Below are positions 56,713-64,000 of a DNA stretch of 64,000 nucleotides, piece after piece (positions within the stretch are counted from its first letter, which is position 1; the number at the start of each line of letters is the position of its first letter). This DNA is from a bacterium (GTDB lineage Bacteria > UBA8248): the NCBI GenBank assembly GCA_965213625.1, contig CBDBZU010000004.1, forward strand, positions 2,944,001-3,008,000. Direction: 5' to 3'. The position numbers were made by a program, and so were the translations under genes. Below the pieces are notes generated by a model. That model did no database searches, was not told the DNA's origin, and was given only the letters and a program-made list of their open reading frames with translations.

Positions 56713-57594
56713 CTATTTACCCAAGACGACTCCGGCGGCGCCAATGACGGACAAGAGGCCGCCGATGACGACGCGCAAGGTTACCGCTTCCTGTTTTCTG
56801 AAAAACAGCCATGACAGAAAAATGATAAGCAGAACCGAGAGGCGATTGATGGGTATAATTTGAACGATCTCCCCCGTTTTTATGGATGACCAGAAGAAAA
56901 AGGCGGCCACGGCGTTCAGGCAAGCGCCGCCCAAAACGGCCAGGAGTCCTTTTTTGTCCCAGGTTTTGGGCGCTCTCCCCTCTGCGGAAAAAGGCAGGAC
57001 GGCCATCATGAGGCAAAGTGCGGTCGTACTGCCGACGGACATGCCGAAGGAGGCGGATTTGATCACCAACAGCCCGAATTTTCCGAACAGGTGCGTCATC
57101 GCAAACAAAACGGCCGTGCCCAGAGGGAAAAGATAGAAATACAGAGGTATACGCCTTTGAACCTCGCCTTTTTCATAAACCAGCAGAATCGACCCTGCCA
57201 GAATGGCCAAAGTCCCGATTGCAATAAGTCCAGTCATCTGTTCGCCCGCGAAAACCACCGCAAACAAAGAAGCCCATACGAGGCTGGTCTGGGTCACGAT
57301 CGAAGAGCGCGCTAAGCCGACAAGCTTCATACCGATGAGACTCAGATAACGGCCGATGAACGAGCCGGAAACGCCCATAGCGGCGAACCAGACGACTCCC
57401 TCGATCGGCCAAGCCTCCACGCCACCCTCCAGAAAATAAAAAGCGGCTCCGAAAGACATCTGCACGATGGACATGAGAATGTTCATCACAAACGGACTCA
57501 GGCGCGCCACGCCGGCGCGGTATAGAGTGCGTGCGGAGGCGATGAAACAAGCAGCGATAAGAGCCAGAATGTTGGGGTGTATGAAGTCGAGCAA
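56713..57594 (-). CDS. DMT/EamA transporter
   Basis: About 10 TM segments with two EamA repeats; paralogue of the next gene. Confidence 0.88.
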   Translation of the reverse strand: MLDFIHPNILALIAACFIASARTLYRAGVARLSPFVMNILMSIVQMSFGAAFYFLEGGVEAWPIEGVVWFAAMGVSGSFIGRYLSLIGMKLVGLARSSIVTQTSLVWASLFAVVFAGEQMTGLIAIGTLAILAGSILLVYEKGEVQRRIPLYFYLFPLGTAVLFAMTHLFGKFGLLVIKSASFGMSVGSTTALCLMMAVLPFSAEGRAPKTWDKKGLLAVLGGACLNAVAAFFFWSSIKTGEIVQIIPINRLSVLLIIFLSWLFFRKQEAVTLRVVIGGLLSVIGAAGVVLGK

Positions 57595-57597
57595 CGC

Positions 57598-58485
57598 TTA
57601 TCTTCCCGTCACGATGGCGAATGCACCCGCAAGCGCGACCATTGCGCCCAGGACGACGCGCCACGTCACGTTTTCCTGCTTCCGGAACAACAACCATGAG
57701 AGAAATATGATCAATAAAACGGACAGGCGGGTTAAGGGGATGACGCGGGTAATCTCGCCGAGCTTCACCGCGGACCAGAAGAAGAAAATACCGCACCCTT
57801 GCAGCGCGGCTCCCAGGAGAAGTACGAATAACCCTTTGTTGTCGCCACTTGAGCGCGGGTCGCCTTGGCTTTGTGCGAAGGGCGCCAATCCCAGAAGGAG
57901 CGTGAGCGAGGTCGTATTCGCGACCGCCATACCGAAAGCGGATGAGGAAATCCACTCGAACGCGAATTTTCCCACTAGATGCGCGAATGCGTACATCAGC
58001 GCAGACGCAACCGGTATCGCATAGTAATGAAACGGTATCCTGCGACCGGCGTCCCCCTTGGGTTTGTAGACGAGCAGGCTCGCCCCGCACATAACGCCCA
58101 GAATCCCGGTCGCTTTTTGAAGCGACATACTTTCGCCCAATATGAAAACAGCCAGAATCGACGCCCAGATCAGCACGGTCTGGCTCATCACCGCCGCGCG
58201 CGCCAACCCCGTGTAACGAATAGCGACAAAATTAATGTATCTCCCCAAAAAACTCCCGAAAAATCCCATCGCCATGAACCAGAAAACGCCTTGGTAGGGT
58301 ATTTGGTCGAGCGCTCCCTCCATCCAGTAGAAAAACCAACCAAGAGTAGTCGTCACGCATGCCATCACCAGATTTGCCGTATGCATTTTCATGCGCGGAA
58401 TCGCATAGCGCTGCGAAACGCGAGCGAAGGCGATGAGCGCAGCGCAACAGAGCGCTAGAATGTTGGGATGTATGGCATCAAGCAA
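57598..58485 (-). CDS. DMT/EamA transporter
   Basis: About 10 TM segments; shares MLDxIHPNILAL and RLSVLLIIFLSWLxFRKQE with the adjacent gene. Confidence 0.88.
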   Translation of the reverse strand: MLDAIHPNILALCCAALIAFARVSQRYAIPRMKMHTANLVMACVTTTLGWFFYWMEGALDQIPYQGVFWFMAMGFFGSFLGRYINFVAIRYTGLARAAVMSQTVLIWASILAVFILGESMSLQKATGILGVMCGASLLVYKPKGDAGRRIPFHYYAIPVASALMYAFAHLVGKFAFEWISSSAFGMAVANTTSLTLLLGLAPFAQSQGDPRSSGDNKGLFVLLLGAALQGCGIFFFWSAVKLGEITRVIPLTRLSVLLIIFLSWLLFRKQENVTWRVVLGAMVALAGAFAIVTGR

Positions 58486-58839
58486 AGCGTCGACCTTTTA
58501 GGAACAACTTACCTTCTATCCATGCACATAAGACCTGGGATGCGCGCACATCGTCGCTAATTCGCCGCAAAAGACGCTTTTTTGCGAAGAAATAACCACG
58601 GGAAGCGAAGAAAATGGCTTGCGGCGACTCGAAATGCGACCCAAGGGCTCGGTTCAAGAAAATTCCCAACAGGCAGAATATGAAGGGCCGATTATGGCAC
58701 GGAAAGCGTCTTTCTGGATAGCTTTGGGCGTCTCGAAACGTACGAAATACGTAGGTTTACTTTGTGATGAGGGAAACTATGAATATCTGCCGCATAGCCC
58801 GCTGAATACTACACTGAATCGAACCTTCGGAGGATGGAG

Positions 58840-59322
58840 CTACATCTCGTCCAGACTCTTTTCGACGACTTTGGGGCCCCGATAGCCCGGCAAATTCTCG
58901 ACGTAGGGACAATCCTCTGGCAAAGCTCCCATTTCGATGATTTCAGGCCCTATCGGAAGGCACATCGGCTCTATATCGAAGCGCTCCGAATATACACGGC
59001 AACGGTTGGTCTCGATCTCGAGTTGCGGGCATGCGCTCGTCAGCAAGAGCAGCCTGTCGCCCTCCCACACCTTGTCATAACAACACTTCCCGCAGCCGGT
59101 GCAAAGCGCCTCCCACTCGGGCGTGCCCTCGGGAGGCAGATTTTTATCCATCCACCTCTGAATTTCATCGAGTCGGCGCTCTTTTTTCGTCTTGTACATG
59201 GGAATGACTTGTGGAGCGTCGTGTTCGAGGCGCTTCTGCTCGGGCGTCTTCCAGATGCGATGGCTGCGTTTGCCTTTTGGTGGCTTGCTCCGTTTCCTGG
59301 AATCAGCCTTCGGGCCGGGCAT
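58840..59322 (-). CDS. YcgN family CxxCxxCC protein
   Basis: WEALCTGCGKCC, C..Y..RF...P.C and LPEDCPY motifs. Confidence 0.85.
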   Translation of the reverse strand: MPGPKADSRKRSKPPKGKRSHRIWKTPEQKRLEHDAPQVIPMYKTKKERRLDEIQRWMDKNLPPEGTPEWEALCTGCGKCCYDKVWEGDRLLLLTSACPQLEIETNRCRVYSERFDIEPMCLPIGPEIIEMGALPEDCPYVENLPGYRGPKVVEKSLDEM

Positions 59323-60104
59323 CAGCGATCCTGAAAGTCGGCGGTGCGTTTTTCGATGAATGCGTTTAGGCCTTCCTGTGAATCTTCCGTGCTGTTCACC
59401 AGACCGAATTTCTCTGTTTCGAGCGTCAGACCTGCCTCGAGGCCGCCCTCGATGCCACCGTGAACGGCTTGTAAAATCAATTCGATAGCGGGTTTGCTCT
59501 TAGACGCCAGTTTGTGCGCCAGCGCTTTCGCTTCATCCATCAGAGCGTCCTGCTCGCATACCTTGTTCACTAGCCCTATTCTGTGAGCTTCCTCTGCATT
59601 TACCGGATCTCCCGTCATGAGGATTTCCAGCGCGCGGCCTTCTCCGACGAGGCGAGGAAGGCGCTGGGTGCCGCCGTAGCCGGGAATGATCCCCAGATTA
59701 ATCTCCGGCTGGCCGAAGAGCGCGTTCGTGGACGCCAGCCTGATAGAACACGCCATAGCCACCTCGCACCCGCCTCCCAGGGCGAACCCGTTCACCGCCG
59801 CAATCGAAGGTTTTCCAATGGTTTCCAGGTCTCTCAGTATTTTCGTTCCATGCTCAGAGAGCCACCTTGCGCTGAGGGGAGAGCGCCCCACCATGCCCTT
59901 GATGTCCGCCCCCGCGATGAATGCCCTATCGCCTGAACCCGTTAATATCAATACTTTCAGCTCGTTATCTTCCTTGAAATTAGATACCACGTGAGCAAGC
60001 TCATCCATCGTCTCTGTATTCAAGGCATTTAACGCTTTAGGACGATTAAATGTGCAGATGGCGATCGGCCCATCAATTTCATATATCAAATTGTTATAAT
60101 TCAA
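59322..60104 (-). CDS. Enoyl-CoA hydratase (crotonase)
   Basis: AFIAGADI, ALGGGCE and GQPEINLGIIPGYGGTQRL motifs. Confidence 0.95.
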   Translation of the reverse strand: MNYNNLIYEIDGPIAICTFNRPKALNALNTETMDELAHVVSNFKEDNELKVLILTGSGDRAFIAGADIKGMVGRSPLSARWLSEHGTKILRDLETIGKPSIAAVNGFALGGGCEVAMACSIRLASTNALFGQPEINLGIIPGYGGTQRLPRLVGEGRALEILMTGDPVNAEEAHRIGLVNKVCEQDALMDEAKALAHKLASKSKPAIELILQAVHGGIEGGLEAGLTLETEKFGLVNSTEDSQEGLNAFIEKRTADFQDR

Positions 60105-60208
60105 TAGTTTAGCACCTTATTCCTAAAGTCTGTTATCCATAAATTCAATTTATCGAAAAACCCTGTTAATTTATCTGAATTTATCGATATTTTCGGATTA
60201 AATTACGT

Positions 60209-60260
60209 CCCAAAAACCGTCATGACTACGTTTACCCAAAAACCGTCATGACTACGTTTA
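60209..60260. repeat. Perfect 26-bp tandem duplication
   Basis: CCCAAAAACCGTCATGACTACGTTTA occurs twice in tandem. Confidence 0.95.
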
Positions 60261-60347
60261 AAGGCAAGGTAAGTGAAACGGGGGTTTCTTCCTATGATAC
60301 TCCCCACTCACCTCCGCTGACACTGGAACGCTCCGTGCATGAAATTT

Positions 60348-61538
60348 CTAATCCCCATACGCCTCGACGATCACCGAAAGCCCCATGCCGCCGCCGATGC
60401 AGGCGCCCGCCAAGCCGTATTTCCCGCCCCGGCGTCTCAGCTCGTGCAGTATCGTGAGGGTGAGCCGCGCGCCGCTCGCGCCCACGGGGTGGCCGATGGC
60501 GATGGCGCCGCCGTTCACGTTCGTTTTATCGCGATCCAGGCCGAGTTCCTTCTCCACCGCCAGATACTGCGCCGAGAACGCCTCGTTTATCTCGATCAAG
60601 TCCATGTCGTCGAGCTGGAGGCCCGCTTTTTTGAGGGCGATGCGGCTGCTCTCCGCAGGCCCGATGCCCATGATCTTCGGATCGCACCCCGAAACGCCCC
60701 AGGATACGAGCCGCCCGATGGGTTTTCGGCCCAGACGCTCCGCCGCCGCTCTCGAAGATATGACGAGCGCCGCCGCCCCGTCGTTGATGCCGCTCGCGTT
60801 GCCCGCCGTCACCACGCCGTCTTCCTTGAATGCGGGCCTGAGCCGCGCGAGCGATTCCTCGTTCGAATCCGCCCGGGGATGCTCGTCGCGGTCGAACGTA
60901 ATCGTCTTTCTGCGCTCTTTCACCTCGACCGCGAAGCATTCTTCCGCCAGACGACCGCTCTCCCAGGCATCGTGCGCGCGCGCCTGTGAAAGTGCTGCGA
61001 ACTCATCCACTCCCTCACGGTGCAGGTCGTATTTATCAGCCAGATTCTCCGCCGTGATGCCCATCGGCACGTTCGCCATCGTGTCGGTGAGCGCCGTGTA
61101 GAGGCCGTCTTCCATCGGGGCCTGGAAAAGCTTCATGCCGGTTCTCGAGTTTCTGATGATGTGCGGTGTCAGGCTCATGTTCTCAGCCCCTACGGCGAGC
61201 ACCACGTCGGCGTCTTCGGTCATGATTTCCTTCGCCCCGCTCACCACGGCCTGGAAGCCGGACGCGCACATGCGGTTCACGCAGTAGCCGGGCCGCTCCA
61301 GCGGAACGCCCGCCGCCAGCGCGACGTGCCTGCCGATGTAGACGCCGTCCGAGTTCGACTGGATGACGTTGCCCACCACGGTGTGGTCGATGTCCTCGGG
61401 CGTCACGCCCGAGCGCGTCATCGCCTCTTTCGCCGCCAGCGAGCCGAGCTCGGTGGCCGACTTCTCCTTCAAGGTTCCCAGAAACGCGCCGAACGGCGTC
61501 CGTGCTCCGCCCAGAAAAACGATATCCTTATCCGACAT
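60348..61538 (-). CDS. Thiolase (acetyl-CoA C-acyltransferase)
   Basis: NRMCASG, NEAF, GHPVGASG and CIGGGMG motifs. Confidence 0.96.
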   Translation of the reverse strand: MSDKDIVFLGGARTPFGAFLGTLKEKSATELGSLAAKEAMTRSGVTPEDIDHTVVGNVIQSNSDGVYIGRHVALAAGVPLERPGYCVNRMCASGFQAVVSGAKEIMTEDADVVLAVGAENMSLTPHIIRNSRTGMKLFQAPMEDGLYTALTDTMANVPMGITAENLADKYDLHREGVDEFAALSQARAHDAWESGRLAEECFAVEVKERRKTITFDRDEHPRADSNEESLARLRPAFKEDGVVTAGNASGINDGAAALVISSRAAAERLGRKPIGRLVSWGVSGCDPKIMGIGPAESSRIALKKAGLQLDDMDLIEINEAFSAQYLAVEKELGLDRDKTNVNGGAIAIGHPVGASGARLTLTILHELRRRGGKYGLAGACIGGGMGLSVIVEAYGD

Positions 61539-61845
61539 TCCCCAATTCCTCCTGCTTCAGTGTTGTAACGTAAGAAAATTTTCCGTTTTTTATCCTGCCA
61601 TTTTGTGTTCTCACCATAACGCCAAGGCGAAGCGATGCGCAAGGGTAGTACGTGCAGGCGGGTACGGTGGAATTGTTTCCGCTAGCTCAGTTGCTCTTGC
61701 GGCACCCGGAAGACTCCTTTGATGTTGGAGGTATTGCATACGCAAATCCGGATATGCGTTTTCGCGCGGAAACCGGCTCCCTCATGGGGGTATTGAATAA
61801 GTCCCGATAAGGAGGGCTTGACCCGACCGATCAAAGAGAACAGTA

Positions 61846-61994
61846 CACTCCCCCCTTGAGGGGGAGTCGAAGAGGCCGAGCCTTGGCGAAGGTCGATTCG
61901 GTGGGGGGACATGCCACATAAAAAACTCCCCCCACCGGTTCGGTTTCGGGCAAAACCCCCCTCACCTCACCGACTCCCCCTCAAGGGGGAAATG
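61846..61994. repeat. Inverted pair of REP-like palindromes
   Basis: CACTCCCCCCTTGAGGGGGAGTCG..CGGTGGGGGGA is mirrored by TCCCCCCACCG..CGACTCCCCCTCAAGGGGGA. Confidence 0.85.
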
Positions 61995-62126
61995 AACTTC
62001 AAAAGCGTGCGCGCAAACCATAATCACTTCTCGTGGGCTTTCATAAAAACCGGCCCGGAAACAGGCGCGTTTGATGCTTCCTCATTTTTCATGCCAAACC
62101 CTTTTCATTTCTGGTCACCGTATCCG

Positions 62127-62253
62127 CCTCACCCTGAGTAGCGGCGAAGCCGCGTATCGAAGGGCTATCTTGAGCCTGACGAAGGTAACGCTCCCTTAGA
62201 TACGCCCCGGATATCTGCAATACGGCGCGCGAGCGCGACTACTCGGGACGAGG
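62127..62253. repeat. Second REP/RIME-like inverted-repeat element
   Basis: CCTCACCCTGAGTAGC..GCGTATCGAAGGG is mirrored by CCCTTAGATACGC..GACTACTCGGGACGAGG. Confidence 0.7.
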
Positions 62254-62473
62254 GGGTATACTGCGCAAGGGATTCAGCTGTAGCCAACTACCCAATAGCG
62301 TATAGCACAATTGGAGATGACTAATTTCCGTTAGACAGCTTCGGAGATGGGGTGTTAAAGATGTTCTGGCAGATGACTTGTGATGCAGGTGCCGTATAGC
62401 AAAAAAGATGAAGATTAATTTCCTGCATGGCAATCAAGAAATAAACAGATTTTGAGGGGAGCATAAGAGCTTC

Positions 62474-64000
62474 ATGATACACATAGAACTCAAGCAACCA
62501 TACCTTTCAATAAAGAACCTCAACAGCGTCGAATTACCCGATTTTACACTTTTGATCGGCCGAAATGGTGTTGGGAAGACTCAATTACTCGAAGCAATAG
62601 CTGAGGGCCATATTTCTGTCTCGGGCATCTCAAATTCAAGAACTGAAAAATACGATATCGATTCTTTTCGGCCAAGTGATTCTGGGCAAGCAAATTGGGA
62701 GAGTTCTAGTTTTGCTGAAACAGCGGTGGAGAAATATTTCAAAGGTGAATCCGGTTTGGCTGAAACAAGGGTGGAGATATATCTCAAAGGTGAATCCGGT
62801 TTGGCTGCAGCAACAATTTTTCGGAATATTTATCGGAAAACAACTGAGGATTTTGAGCTAGATGATGGCACCGAATATCGCCTCCAATTCGAAGAAGAAG
62901 CAAGGGATACAATTGCCGAAATGTTATCCTCTAGCCAACCAATGCGCACATTGGCTGAATCAACAGATGCGATAAAATATTACTTGGAACAAATCGGAAA
63001 ACTCATCTTTTCATGGCCTCTAGAAGATATAGATGCGGATCTCGCAAATCAGATGTGCCATCTTATCCATTCAGCAATTATATCGAATAGAAAGTTACCG
63101 CATGAAATAACTCGAGGCGATATTCTACGAGCTGCAAATTCTGCAGTAAAAACAATCGGTAATTCGCTGAGTCAAGTTTTCACGAGATATAAAGTCGAAC
63201 AGTTCTCATGGGCACACAAGGAAGCGGAAGCGGGTCCCGAGAATTTTGAACATCTGATGTCGAGTTATCTAGAGACAAATCCCCCGCCATGGATCACGTT
63301 GCACGAAAACCTGGAAAAGATGCGCGAGGCACCGGGATATCCGGATCTTTTTAATTTTGAATTTTCTGACCCGAGAGACGACAAAATCACTTTTGCGAAT
63401 CATCGAGAATACTCATTTGAAACAAAGTTTACCAACAGAGCTACCGGTGAAAGCTATCCAGTCGAAAGCCTTTCATCAGGAGAGAAAATACTGATGTCAT
63501 TATGTTTGGCCTCATTCAATCAAAAGTTGGGTCGCCAACCGCCCAGCCTCATATTACTGGACGAACTCGACTCCGTACTACACCCTTCCATGATTTCTGC
63601 TCTTATAGCTAGCATCAAGACTCTGTTTATCGACAAAGGAACGAAAGTCATCATGGCTACGCATTCTGTAACGACCGCAGCCCTCTTCGATGAAGATAAA
63701 ATTTACCGCATGAGAAGGAACAACAACAAAATTACTATTCGACCTATTACAATATCCGAGGCGGTTTCAGAACTATCAGAGGGTCTGGCGACGATAGATA
63801 CTGGATTGAGGATTGCGGGAGCTGATGCTAAACCAATTACTATACTGACTGAAGGCAAGAACTTGCTACACATGAAAAAGTGGGCAAGCTTATATTATCC
63901 TGAAGAAGTAGATGTATTTGATGCTTTGCCAGAAAAAACAGGCAAGGATCAGCTAAAAACCTACGGTGATCTTCTCTCGAAAGTAAACACGAATTCTCAC
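62474..64000 (+). CDS. ABC-type ATPase with probable C-terminal TOPRIM domain (OLD/AAA_21-like), 3' partial
   Basis: Not in the ORF track because it has no stop in the window; translated by hand from ATG 62474. It shows GRNGVGKT, LSSGE, LILLDELDSVLHP and ATHS, then ILTEGK. AT-rich. Confidence 0.85.
   Translation, partial: MIHIELKQPYLSIKNLNSVELPDFTLLIGRNGVGKTQLLEAIAEGHISVSGISNSRTEKYDIDSFRPSDSGQANWESSSFAETAVEKYFKGESGLAETRVEIYLKGESGLAAATIFRNIYRKTTEDFELDDGTEYRLQFEEEARDTIAEMLSSSQPMRTLAESTDAIKYYLEQIGKLIFSWPLEDIDADLANQMCHLIHSAIISNRKLPHEITRGDILRAANSAVKTIGNSLSQVFTRYKVEQFSWAHKEAEAGPENFEHLMSSYLETNPPPWITLHENLEKMREAPGYPDLFNFEFSDPRDDKITFANHREYSFETKFTNRATGESYPVESLSSGEKILMSLCLASFNQKLGRQPPSLILLDELDSVLHPSMISALIASIKTLFIDKGTKVIMATHSVTTAALFDEDKIYRMRRNNNKITIRPITISEAVSELSEGLATIDTGLRIAGADAKPITILTEGKNLLHMKKWASLYYPEEVDVFDALPEKTGKDQLKTYGDLLSKVNTNSH
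62711..62807 (+). repeat. In-frame 45-bp tandem repeat inside the ATPase
   Basis: Encodes FAETAVEKYFKGESG / LAETRVEIYLKGESG / LA. Confidence 0.9.

Noticed and set aside
60132-60142. Replication origin (DnaA-box-like TTATCCATA)
   Set aside because: A single mismatched box with no dnaA/dnaN context.
60209-60260. CRISPR array
   Set aside because: Two abutting copies with no spacer, and no cas genes.

Overview
GC-rich bacterial chromosomal window of mostly metabolic genes. The lineage cannot be fixed from sequence alone. Gene order: RidA, mobA and moeA; a thioesterase; a tripartite tricarboxylate transporter (TctCBA) converging on a three-subunit oxalate-oxidoreductase-like operon (YPIRP motif) led by a FadR/GntR gene with a visible operator; an MFS transporter and glnE; amidohydrolase, deacetylase, LVIVD and reductase genes; ygfZ, pckA, a tautomerase and a nitrilase-family gene. 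An accessory stretch follows, downstream of tRNA-Gly(GCC). It contains a diverged duplication of a secreted FGE-fold gene sandwiching an AT-rich REase-fold orphan, plus a HEPN/MNT pair. After that come a NitT/TauT ABC operon; an mtaB-DUF62-DsbA-DmpA-MFS-RidA run in which the DsbA has an in-frame UGA (UPWC, probable selenocysteine); coxM/S/D/E-like genes with no large subunit; a GlnR-like regulator directly before a non-adenylylatable glnA; cutA, meaB and acyl-CoA genes; and, behind two palindromic repeat elements, an AT-rich ABC-ATPase/TOPRIM ORF running off the end. Best candidates for new biology: the REase-fold orphan between duplicated genes, the selenoprotein DsbA, the variant oxalate oxidoreductase with its transporter, an SH3 insertion inside an FGE fold, and the GlnR-like nitrogen circuit. 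All family assignments are from motif recognition, not database searches.
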